A stretch of 64,000 nt of DNA from an uncultured Methanosarcinales archaeon (GTDB lineage Archaea > Nanobdellota > Nanobdellia > Woesearchaeales > CAYVYK01). Of this stretch, positions 10,262 through 19,171 are shown one piece after another (the stretch's first letter is position 1; every line of letters begins with the position of its first letter). Under the pieces are notes generated by a model. The model was not told the DNA's origin. It did not search any database and was given only the letters and a program-made list of their open reading frames with translations. The position numbers and the translations under genes are program-made. The stretch lies in assembly GCA_964455675.1 (NCBI GenBank), contig CAYVYK010000006.1:16356-80355 (forward strand). The letters run 5' to 3'.

Positions 10262-11614
10262 CTATATACTGTTCTTCTGTGGGATTAACCACGCAATCAG
10301 CGTTGTCACTATTGGAAAGAGTGATCCTACCGTATACAAATACTGTCTCGTCAGGAGGAGTCCCACCAAGAAAATGAGTGGACCAATGATCATCCCAATC
10401 AGCATTCCCTTGTTCAAGTTGGAAATCAAACCTTTTGTTATATCCTTTTTGAACAAGATAAGGAACGTTGGGATCAACAATGCGCTCCTAAACGAACCCA
10501 CAAACATTTGAAGCCACGCGACCTGCAATCCTGGGATGAAAATAAATGCGGATGCAATAATGAGGAATGCAACCATGGCCAATCTTAGCGAGGAAAGATT
10601 CCACATCTTCTTTACATCAATCACCCATATGGATGATGCAGCGTTCAACGCAGCACAAATAACTGCAATGAGGCTAATAAGGATCGTCGCAAAAAGAATA
10701 TTCACAATGATCGGCGAAAATACACTGTTCATAACCTCAAACGCTACTATCTGAGATTGGCTAACCGCCATCCCTTTTGATGACGCAACAAAACCCGGCA
10801 GCGCCATACACACCAAAATCAAGGAGAAGAAAATGGCGGCACCAAAATACACTACCTTCAAGTTGGCAGTCTTTCTAAGCGCGAAACTGCGCTGCCACTG
10901 CTGCTGGTCAATTGTGACGGCTGCAAGGAGTGAGATTGCTGTTGGAATCCCAAATGCAAGAACGGTATTTGCATTGAATATATTCCAGCCTGTTCCATCC
11001 TTACCTGCGAACGATGCTGTCACGAAAAGACCCAGGAGCGAAACAAACGTGACTCCGAGCACTATAATCAAAGCAGCCTTGATCACATCAATGCGGATGG
11101 ACGTGAACAAACCCTTAATGAGGACGATAATCAAAGCAGCAAGTGATATTGCTGGTATCAACACATATTTTGGCAGGCCCGTGATGTGCTGCAAGAGCAG
11201 TGTTGATCCCAACAAATTGACGATAATTGCGTACAATTGCACGAGGAAGATTGTGATAATATAGAACTTCTGCGTCTTTTCTGTCGAACGTTTCTTAATA
11301 AATTCTGGGAGCGTATACCCCTCAGGATTCAGCTGATGCATCCGCTTTGAAAGGAAATAAAACAATACGAGTGCAGCAACATTAGGAACTGCAAACCAGA
11401 GAAATGCTCCAAGACCTGATTCAAAAGACTTCTGGCTAGAAACAAGCAATGCGGGCGCCCAAGTCCAGGCGACCGCGACGGTAAACAATCCGATCAAGCC
11501 AGAGATCGACCGGTCGCTCACAAGGAATGTATCTTCATTATCTTTTTTTCGAAGTGACCATAGAACTGCGATGGCGGTCAACACCATCAGCACCACCCAA
11601 AACATCGTCTGCAT
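10262..11614 (-). CDS. sodium:solute symporter (SSS)-like transporter
   Basis: 450 aa, ~12-13 hydrophobic helices, architecture consistent with SSF permeases; last gene of a 4-gene operon. Confidence 0.55.
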   Translation of the reverse strand: MQTMFWVVLMVLTAIAVLWSLRKKDNEDTFLVSDRSISGLIGLFTVAVAWTWAPALLVSSQKSFESGLGAFLWFAVPNVAALVLFYFLSKRMHQLNPEGYTLPEFIKKRSTEKTQKFYIITIFLVQLYAIIVNLLGSTLLLQHITGLPKYVLIPAISLAALIIVLIKGLFTSIRIDVIKAALIIVLGVTFVSLLGLFVTASFAGKDGTGWNIFNANTVLAFGIPTAISLLAAVTIDQQQWQRSFALRKTANLKVVYFGAAIFFSLILVCMALPGFVASSKGMAVSQSQIVAFEVMNSVFSPIIVNILFATILISLIAVICAALNAASSIWVIDVKKMWNLSSLRLAMVAFLIIASAFIFIPGLQVAWLQMFVGSFRSALLIPTFLILFKKDITKGLISNLNKGMLIGMIIGPLIFLVGLLLTRQYLYTVGSLFPIVTTLIAWLIPQKNSI

Positions 11615-11615
11615 C

Positions 11616-12521
11616 CTAACCCCCCCTGTAATATGGTTGAATATCAGCCAAATATGGCGGCTGTGCCAGATTAAGCCCTTTCTCTTTATAAGGCTTGCTA
11701 GTAGATACTAATATCGTCCACAGATGGCAAATCGCATCACGATAGTCACCATAGACCGGCAAGAGAACATCCCATGACTTCTTGTATTTCTTCAGTACGG
11801 GAAGAATACCACTCAGAGTTTCTTTCTGTGTTGGGATGAATACAAAGTGTGTATCCATCTCGAGCAGCTGGAAAATCGGGCCGTGAGCAAGATTCTTTGT
11901 TTCTTCAAACCATGCAGGGCAGAATGCGCACTCCCTTAGTTTCAAGGCGCCCTCAGCTGCGACAGGAAGGAGGTATGAATCTGCCACAAAACAAAAAGGT
12001 TGTGCATGCCAATCCAGCGCTTTTGGCACATTATCTCCGATAGTAGACAGATCAAGACTTGTTTTTGTCTGAAAGAGCGCATACCTCAATACGAGAATAA
12101 ATCCCGAGATGACACCGACACTACGTGCAAGCAAGTCCTCCTTTTTTGGATCAAATAGGTACACCTCAGAAAACCTCGTATCTTTTTGCAGACTCGGATT
12201 TGCCGTGAATACAATCTTCTTATGAGCACGAACCGCCGCTGCACGTGAAAAATCGGTGGTACTCGCACCCTGAGAGATGATGATCAGAGTATCAAACTCT
12301 CTTTGCGATATCATACCGGAGTACATATAGTCGCAGTTGGCGTTCAACCCGTGATCGGCGAGAATCCTAGCGAGCAAGCATGCTTGGTTATACGATGACC
12401 CAAATCCTATGATCGTTATCCTTTCATTCCTGTGGAGTTTCTTGAATGCGTACTCCCTCTCGATGGATTTCTTGACAAATTCCTGAATCATTCCAATGTT
12501 ATCAAGATACCGATCACTCAT
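11616..12521 (-). CDS. SIS-domain sugar-phosphate isomerase (archaeal PGI/PMI-like, tandem SIS)
   Basis: ITIIGFGSSYNQA...IIISQGASTTD and second SIS-like half; ~300 aa like archaeal bifunctional PGI/PMI. Confidence 0.55.
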   Translation of the reverse strand: MSDRYLDNIGMIQEFVKKSIEREYAFKKLHRNERITIIGFGSSYNQACLLARILADHGLNANCDYMYSGMISQREFDTLIIISQGASTTDFSRAAAVRAHKKIVFTANPSLQKDTRFSEVYLFDPKKEDLLARSVGVISGFILVLRYALFQTKTSLDLSTIGDNVPKALDWHAQPFCFVADSYLLPVAAEGALKLRECAFCPAWFEETKNLAHGPIFQLLEMDTHFVFIPTQKETLSGILPVLKKYKKSWDVLLPVYGDYRDAICHLWTILVSTSKPYKEKGLNLAQPPYLADIQPYYRGG

Positions 12522-13786
12522 TTCTGCACCTTGCTCTCTACGTATCTCATTTTACCTTTTGGAACAATAATTGTGTTTCGATAATCCACCTGAACAGTTA
12601 GTTTCGGATCAAGACTACGCATACTCTCAAGAATCCTCCCTTTCGCGTTTTTATCACGGGATACAATCAAGAACCTAACCGAATAATCAGTATCCTGAAT
12701 AATCTTAAACTGCTTTACCGTCTTTAGTCTATCCATCAACGTCACAAAATAGTATGAATCAATCCTTCTCCCGTCAGAAGTGACGATCAGGTCATTCAAT
12801 CTTCCCTCCAGACTCATAATACCGCGGCGCTTTCCGCACGGACAAATAGTTTCACTTAACATACCAAGATCGCCAATCTCAAACCTAATGAGCGGCATCG
12901 CCCTATTCGTCAACCCTGTGAGCAATATCCTATGATCCTTCAGGACTTCAACAAAGACATTGTGGCGGTATATATGCATACCGTCATGATGTTGGCATTC
13001 TTGCGCGATTGGCCCAAGTTCATTTGCGCCATACTTATTGAACACCTTACATCCAAACACGTTTTCCACAAAGAACCTTGTCTTTTGGGGCAGCATCTCT
13101 GACGTCACCTGAATTGCTTTTGGCCTGATGATGATATCGTGTTTTTTGCAGACATGCGCGAGATATTCGACGGAAGAAACGTAGCTCTCAATATACTCTG
13201 GTTGTACTTTCTCCAATAATCGAGCGTACTTCACCATTTTTTCTTCAGAGAGCTCGAATGTTCTCAGCTCGTGCGTGTTGAGGAGGACGTTCTCCATCAG
13301 GTCTTTCCACCGACGAAGCTTGAAATACTGGCTGCATCCCCATAGAACTGCAACTCTATCTCCTATCTTGTATCCCATCATATGGTACCCATACAAGAGG
13401 GTAGCCTTCTTGATTAACTTGGCCTCAGGACTAAGATACACACCTACAGGTATTCCCGTTGTTCCGCTCGTGAAGACTCTCTTAAGGTATGCGGCATCAA
13501 ACTCATCAGACAGGAATTCCGAATTATGATCATGCAATGATTTCTTTGTCACGATCGGCAGATTCCTGAACTTACCAGGTGTATCAACCAGGGTATTACC
13601 ATACGCTCTTTTATAGAACGGTACGTGCGCTCTCGCATAACGAACGAGTTCGAATAATCGATGCCAAGTAACCTCGTCCTGCTCAGCATCGGATAATGCA
13701 TAGAACTCCTCGATCTTGTGCAGGTGCTTCATTACATCTTTGTTCCCTGAATTATACCACATCCGAGATATCACGCGAGGGATCAT
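12518..13786 (-). CDS. PaaK/CapK-family adenylate-forming enzyme (phenylacetate-CoA ligase / F390 synthetase-like)
   Basis: AMP-binding P-loop FTSGTTGIPVGVY, ~420 aa, family-typical N-terminal region; 4-nt overlap with downstream SIS gene. Confidence 0.65.
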   Translation of the reverse strand: MIPRVISRMWYNSGNKDVMKHLHKIEEFYALSDAEQDEVTWHRLFELVRYARAHVPFYKRAYGNTLVDTPGKFRNLPIVTKKSLHDHNSEFLSDEFDAAYLKRVFTSGTTGIPVGVYLSPEAKLIKKATLLYGYHMMGYKIGDRVAVLWGCSQYFKLRRWKDLMENVLLNTHELRTFELSEEKMVKYARLLEKVQPEYIESYVSSVEYLAHVCKKHDIIIRPKAIQVTSEMLPQKTRFFVENVFGCKVFNKYGANELGPIAQECQHHDGMHIYRHNVFVEVLKDHRILLTGLTNRAMPLIRFEIGDLGMLSETICPCGKRRGIMSLEGRLNDLIVTSDGRRIDSYYFVTLMDRLKTVKQFKIIQDTDYSVRFLIVSRDKNAKGRILESMRSLDPKLTVQVDYRNTIIVPKGKMRYVESKVQK

Positions 13787-13795
13787 ATACTCTCA

Positions 13796-14686
13796 TCACT
13801 CTGTTGGACTAATAATTTCTAACCTGCAATGATCGGATCCTTTAATATTTTGATTACCCATGAGAACAATTCGGCTGATTCCTGCATCCCCAATCCTATC
13901 AACAACCGTCTGAGAAATCTGCATAGTACAATACGCCGTCAACACACCCTTGTAACGTTTTATCCTCTTATAATCTGCATTGTGGATAGTCATACCACAG
14001 AATACTATCTCGTTATGCTGGTGGACAATCAAGATTCCTTTTCTAAGCTTCCTTTTTAAATATCTGAATGCTTCATTTGATGTTATATACCTTGACAAGT
14101 AGCCCAAGTGCTCTTTCTCATCAACGAGCAGCTTCTCATTGTATGGGGTTACTTCATCCTGCAATGGGAGTCGCCTGACTTCAATACCATTGTCCTGCAG
14201 AATTCTCAACCGACTTACGTTATTTGTCATAATCTGAACGCTGCGCACCTTAAAATGCCGGAGGATCTTGACAACATCATCATACCTGCGGATATCAATA
14301 TCCATTCTCAGATGTCGATATACCTCTTGTGTTGTCATCTTCTTCTGCTGACGCAAATAGTACATGAAGAAATGCATATACATCCCGGTGCCTCTTCCGT
14401 CATCGTCGACGGCAAAAATTATCATGCCTCTCTCACGCTTAGCTATGAGTAGCATTGCCTCCTCAAACTGGTATTGGCAATCACAATGCACGCCGCGGAA
14501 GATGTGACCAAACACACAAGCGGATTCTATCCGAAGCGGGAAGCCTTTCGATTCAGGATTCCCTTTTATCAAAATGACATATCTCTTCCGATTGATCTCT
14601 TTATAGAAAAGCGTGAAAATGCGCACCGAACCGTCCTTCAGACGTAGAGGCATACGAATGGGTCCAACATAATCAGTTGGCTTCAT
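13796..14686 (-). CDS. GTP cyclohydrolase II (RibA)-like protein with C-terminal extension
   Basis: Collinear with RibA: zinc Cys triad ESACVFGHIFRGVHCDCQYQ (cf. SECLTGD..CDCG), GRGTG (cf. GRNIGL), TNN motif (IMTNNVSRLRIL cf. LLTNNPKKVEIL); ~100 extra C-terminal residues. Confidence 0.65.
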   Translation of the reverse strand: MKPTDYVGPIRMPLRLKDGSVRIFTLFYKEINRKRYVILIKGNPESKGFPLRIESACVFGHIFRGVHCDCQYQFEEAMLLIAKRERGMIIFAVDDDGRGTGMYMHFFMYYLRQQKKMTTQEVYRHLRMDIDIRRYDDVVKILRHFKVRSVQIMTNNVSRLRILQDNGIEVRRLPLQDEVTPYNEKLLVDEKEHLGYLSRYITSNEAFRYLKRKLRKGILIVHQHNEIVFCGMTIHNADYKRIKRYKGVLTAYCTMQISQTVVDRIGDAGISRIVLMGNQNIKGSDHCRLEIISPTE

Positions 14687-14834
14687 GGGTCATGTCGTAA
14701 TAACCAATATTATAAATTTATGCGATATACTGCACGTTTTTCTATATAGAACACTCACCGTATATACTCACTCGACTCATTCCGTAGAGGAACCGAGAGA
14801 AGATTTAAATAATAATCAGTCATACATCTTTATC

Positions 14835-15638
14835 ATGAAGCCGTTCTTTCTGCAGTGCAAGTCTGACGATATTGTATTTACCTGCTGGTATCTCAAGGAC
14901 GCCTTCAAGAAGGAATCACCGCGCATTGGCATCATGTGCTATGGTTTACCGAGTCATCCGTACCAGCACTCACCTGCGAAGCTTGAATTCCTCATGCAGC
15001 AGGGTTGGATGCTTGTCTATCCCAGTTATCGCGGCAGCTATGCGAGCGAGGGCAAATTTACTTGGGAAGGATGCGTTGATACCATTCTGAAAGTGATCAC
15101 TATCATACACGGTGGCAAAGTCACGAGTGTTGAAGGAAGATCCCTCGAGTTTACCAAACCTAGCATAGTCCTGATGGGTGGAAGCTTCGGAGGATCGGTC
15201 GCACTTGTCGCCGGGGCGAAATCCAAACTCATTCAAAATATTGTATCAATCTCTGCACCGACAGATTGGAGAGATCACGCAAAGCTTAAGGATGAGGATG
15301 GTGAACCTTTTGATGAGCTTTACGGGTGGATCTGCCACGGATGGGGATCACTTTGGCGAATTCCGTCAAGGAAAGAGTGGGATCGCCTGACTTCTGGATC
15401 CGCGGACCTGAATCCTATCCTTCATCTCGATGAACTACGCTCAAAAAACGTTTTCATTGTCCATGGCACTGGGGATAACATCGTGTCCCCCAACCGGTCA
15501 AAAAAATTATATGAAGAGCTCAAGAAGGGTAGCGGAAACCATCGTCTCATACTTCTCAACGAATGGCATATTGATTACAACATCCTATCAGAGGAAGAAG
15601 TCAAGAAAGAATTCTTTGCATGGCTGAAAAAACTCTAG
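14835..15638 (+). CDS. alpha/beta hydrolase (S9 peptidase / dienelactone hydrolase-like)
   Basis: Nucleophile elbow GGSFGGS, FIVHGTGDNIV acid/His region. Start moved from 14685 to Met51 (MKPFF). The 14685 start would overlap the divergent GCHII-like start with no promoter space. AT-rich TATA-like elements lie in 14700-14815. Confidence 0.55.
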   Translation: MKPFFLQCKSDDIVFTCWYLKDAFKKESPRIGIMCYGLPSHPYQHSPAKLEFLMQQGWMLVYPSYRGSYASEGKFTWEGCVDTILKVITIIHGGKVTSVEGRSLEFTKPSIVLMGGSFGGSVALVAGAKSKLIQNIVSISAPTDWRDHAKLKDEDGEPFDELYGWICHGWGSLWRIPSRKEWDRLTSGSADLNPILHLDELRSKNVFIVHGTGDNIVSPNRSKKLYEELKKGSGNHRLILLNEWHIDYNILSEEEVKKEFFAWLKKL

Positions 15639-15680
15639 TCACTGTTCATGTGATCAATGGCCTTCACAGAGAGTATCGAC

Positions 15681-17126
15681 CTAGATGGATACTCGCCGTG
15701 ACCAGTACGCTATCTTCTCAGCCTCTTTGTTGCACACAATACATTTTCCGACAGCATGTTCATATGGATTCCAACCGAGGAATTTCCCGCTACCTGGGCT
15801 AGCAGACTCCGTGGTTTTTCCTGTCGAATACAGGCTTTCGATACAGGATCTGTCCCCGCACCAATCAAAAAAACCGACCAATCCTTTCTGCATCACATCC
15901 TGCACATCCGAAGGCTTGCGGCAATAATCCAAATGTGTGTTCCTTACTTGCTGTGCTCTTTGATGGGCATAACCTCCATATGAGTCCGACGCTTTTTTGA
16001 CATAAGCTGGCAACCGCTGAAGGGATACCGACTCGGGATCGTTCGGACTCCACCGAACATATGCAGTGACTGTGCCCTCTCCCTTCTCTTTTTTCCCAAC
16101 CTCCAATCTCAGAGGGTAACCGCGCAAAGAGGCAAGCCTCCTTCGTGTACTTAATGAACTGTTCACTAGGACTTCCATCGAGACTTCTTTGCCTAACACT
16201 TCCATGATACTTTCAACATACCTTGTAATATCCGGATCATTTGTCACAGGAATTACTACAACGTCAATCGGACTCACTTCTGGTGGAAGAATGAAACCTT
16301 GTTCGTCCATACAATTCCATAACAGCGGGTACATCATTCCACTCCCCCACGTGGCAATGTGGGGTACTTTCTTCATATTATCCCGGTCAGTAAAAGCGAT
16401 CTTGAACGCCTCAGCAAGAGCTGTGCCTTGATTATATGCAGAAGCAAAGAGCCGCGTTCCGCCCTCCTGTATCGCACAAAGATACGAGGCGCGTTTGTTG
16501 AACGGATTATTATCCCAGATCGGGGATTCGACAGCAACATATGAAATACCCATACGATCGGCAATACTCTGGCAAATACCAAGATACTCCATCATTGCAT
16601 GGTCTGCTTCTTTTGCCGTCGCGAACATTGCGTGGCCCTCATTGACCTCCGCTTCATACTTGGTGCTAATCTTGTGCCCCGTCGGTGGAACTCGAAAGAA
16701 ACGCTGCTGAAGCATGACTTTACCAAGCGAATCCAGCTGTTTATACGATCGGAGCGTCTCCGACCAGAACGGGTAGACCTGGCTTTCTCCTGAAGGCCTC
16801 AATGCTTCTGTCGGTTTGTCCGCATCGTTTTGTGATAACTCATCTGTTCCTTGGAGGAGCCAGTGGAGGTGCTTGTCAAAACGACCCGCACTGCATTCAT
16901 CCACCTCAAAACGCGACAGAGGATCCAAATCCATCCGCGCAACGCGGCATGAAAAAGACCAAAGGGAAAAACCCACCTTCGAGAACTCTTCTTCCATAAT
17001 CTGGTTAAGGGTCTTACTTAATCTAGTACCTTGTGGACTCAGAATTGTCCCCCCTCGAATGTGCGGTGACCTGTAGATAAATCCTGCCTGTTCTGCCACA
17101 TCCAGCCAGTCAGGAACTTTGTCCAT
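15681..17126 (-). CDS. proS: prolyl-tRNA synthetase, archaeal/eukaryotic type
   Basis: 481 aa; class II core collinear with archaeal ProRS (FIYRSPHIRGGTILSPQGTRL N-terminus; FASAYNQGTALAEAFKIAFTDRD...ILPPEVSPIDVVVIPV anticodon-binding region; C-terminal Cys-containing domain). Confidence 0.85.
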   Translation of the reverse strand: MDKVPDWLDVAEQAGFIYRSPHIRGGTILSPQGTRLSKTLNQIMEEEFSKVGFSLWSFSCRVARMDLDPLSRFEVDECSAGRFDKHLHWLLQGTDELSQNDADKPTEALRPSGESQVYPFWSETLRSYKQLDSLGKVMLQQRFFRVPPTGHKISTKYEAEVNEGHAMFATAKEADHAMMEYLGICQSIADRMGISYVAVESPIWDNNPFNKRASYLCAIQEGGTRLFASAYNQGTALAEAFKIAFTDRDNMKKVPHIATWGSGMMYPLLWNCMDEQGFILPPEVSPIDVVVIPVTNDPDITRYVESIMEVLGKEVSMEVLVNSSLSTRRRLASLRGYPLRLEVGKKEKGEGTVTAYVRWSPNDPESVSLQRLPAYVKKASDSYGGYAHQRAQQVRNTHLDYCRKPSDVQDVMQKGLVGFFDWCGDRSCIESLYSTGKTTESASPGSGKFLGWNPYEHAVGKCIVCNKEAEKIAYWSRRVSI

Positions 17127-17189
17127 GCCCTATCAGAATGCAGATCAATATATATAAATTGCGTCAATTTACCACTACAACATGGTTAA

Positions 17190-17510
17190 TTGCTATGCTT
17201 TTCATGCATGCCACCATCTATTCACCATACTGTGTGTGGATCTGCCTCATGTCCGAAACGTTTAAAATTGCACACATACTTATCTGGAATCATGGCGCAT
17301 ATCCTCGAGGATATTCTGCATCAAGTGGCTACAGCAAAGAGGGTATTCAACAATCAAGAATGTGGTCACTGCCATTCAGACAATATCAATAGGGAATTCC
17401 TAGCCATAACGCCTCAGCCTCCGGCGGTGTTCCCGGTACCAACTTGCAATCCGGCAACACCGACATACCACTATGCATGTCGCACTTGCGGGCATGAATG
17501 GTACAGCTAG
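17190..17510 (+). CDS. small Cys/His-rich protein (possible zinc ribbon)
   Basis: 106-aa ORF with ECGHCH...CNPA...CRTCGHEW; divergent from proS; weak. Confidence 0.25.
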   Translation: MLCFSCMPPSIHHTVCGSASCPKRLKLHTYLSGIMAHILEDILHQVATAKRVFNNQECGHCHSDNINREFLAITPQPPAVFPVPTCNPATPTYHYACRTCGHEWYS

Positions 17511-17562
17511 ACTATTCCAACAATCATAAACCTTAAAAGACGAGCAGTACTTCACCTTTTTC

Positions 17563-18513
17563 ATGAACAAGAGAATAATTCTCCCTCTGATTCTGATTCT
17601 CCTGTTGGCGTTCCCCATCTTCGCATCGGACGATGTCGTTACAATCTCTGAGGAAATTTCTGCGAATGAAACAGCTGAGCCAAATATCGTGACGATCGGC
17701 CTCTACATCCTCAATCTCGGGAAATTCGATATTTCCACAGGATCATTCACCGCTGACATGTACCTCTCGATGACGTGCTCACAGAGTTGTAGCGAACAGG
17801 ACTTTGAGTTCATGAACGGCCGCGCGACGAGCACGGAAGTCATCATTGATGAACCCAACGAACGGTTCTACAGAATCCAGGCAAACCTCAACAGCCAAAT
17901 TGATCTCCGGCAGTATCCGTTCGATGCGCAGAAACTCGAAATCATCCTCGAAGACAAAGAACGACCAGTGAATGATCTTGTGTACGCCGTAAATGCTGAA
18001 GAGAGCGGACTTGATGACTCACTCTTCTTCGCTGGATGGACGATCGATGACTGGGAAGCGGTCATGCAGACACACGAATACAGAGTATACGACGAAACAT
18101 ATTCACAATACCGATTCACGATTCCTATCTCACGCATACTCTTCAACAGCATCATCAAAACATTCCTCCCTATCATCTTCATCATCCTCGTCATGCTCTC
18201 AAGCTTTGCGCTGGACCCGGACAAGATCACGACGCGACTAGCGATGGTGGGAAGCGCACTCGTCGCGTCCGTCATGTTCCACGTATCACTCGCAAACCAG
18301 ATCCCGCCCGTGAGCTATCTTACGTTCACGGACAAGTTCATGATCCTCACATACTTTGTCATGCTCATGAGCTTTGTCTTCAACGTAACACTCCTCGAAC
18401 TCCATGAGAGAAAGAACGATGCGCTCGTCATGAAAATCCACCGCATGACCGAGTTTTCCATGTTCCTCGTAGTGCCAGTTCTCTACGCACTCTTATTTAT
18501 CATCTTTCTGTAG
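17563..18513 (+). CDS. prokaryotic pentameric ligand-gated ion channel (Cys-loop receptor superfamily, GLIC/ELIC-like)
   Basis: Signal peptide, ~200-aa extracellular beta-rich domain with signature YPFDAQKLEI (FPFDxQ Cys-loop motif), then four TM helices (IKTFLPIIFIILVML, MVGSALVASVMFHV, FMILTYFVMLMSFVF, FSMFLVVPVLYALLFIIFL); 316 aa. Confidence 0.7.
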   Translation: MNKRIILPLILILLLAFPIFASDDVVTISEEISANETAEPNIVTIGLYILNLGKFDISTGSFTADMYLSMTCSQSCSEQDFEFMNGRATSTEVIIDEPNERFYRIQANLNSQIDLRQYPFDAQKLEIILEDKERPVNDLVYAVNAEESGLDDSLFFAGWTIDDWEAVMQTHEYRVYDETYSQYRFTIPISRILFNSIIKTFLPIIFIILVMLSSFALDPDKITTRLAMVGSALVASVMFHVSLANQIPPVSYLTFTDKFMILTYFVMLMSFVFNVTLLELHERKNDALVMKIHRMTEFSMFLVVPVLYALLFIIFL

Positions 18514-18550
18514 GACAATGTTTTAATAGTCATGTCTGTTCATCATCCTC

Positions 18551-19171
18551 ATGCAACGATCACGGGACGCGGAATTCCTGTACGAACTTGGAAGCCTCCG
18601 GCACGTCGACCGAACGTGGAAGCACTTCAATCTTCCAGGGGTCGCGAACGTCACCGAACACTCATTCCGCGTGATGTGGATCGCGCTCGTGCTCGCACGA
18701 CGCGAAGGAATAACAAACATCTCAAGAGTGCTCCAAATGGCGCTCATCCATGACATTCCCGAAATCAGGACAGGAGATGTCAACTACCTCTCGCGCGAGT
18801 ACGCTATCAGGAAAGAAGACGCTGCAATAACAGAAATGCTTGAAGGAACTACACTGCACGACTGGAAAACTGTCTTTAAGGAATATGAGGAACGAATCAG
18901 TCCTGAAGCAAAAATCGTCAAGGACGCCGATATCCTCGACCAAGACCTTGAACTGTGCGAAGCGAAAGCGCGAGGACACACCGCGCCAGCGGACTGGCAG
19001 CCCATGCGCGAAGACATTGCGAAGAGACTTCTCACCGCATCCGCGCGAACGCTCTGGAACGAGATCCACGGCACAAACCCGAACAGCTGGCATCTCAACG
19101 CGCGCAACCGCTATACGAAGGGAGACTGGAAACCTACACCCCAGGATACATCACACTTTTCAGGCGACTGA
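18551..19171 (+). CDS. HD-domain phosphohydrolase (YfbR-like 5'-deoxynucleotidase family)
   Basis: H..H...D motif: EHSFRVMWIALVL...IHDIPEIRTGD...DADILDQDLEL. Confidence 0.7.
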   Translation: MQRSRDAEFLYELGSLRHVDRTWKHFNLPGVANVTEHSFRVMWIALVLARREGITNISRVLQMALIHDIPEIRTGDVNYLSREYAIRKEDAAITEMLEGTTLHDWKTVFKEYEERISPEAKIVKDADILDQDLELCEAKARGHTAPADWQPMREDIAKRLLTASARTLWNEIHGTNPNSWHLNARNRYTKGDWKPTPQDTSHFSGD

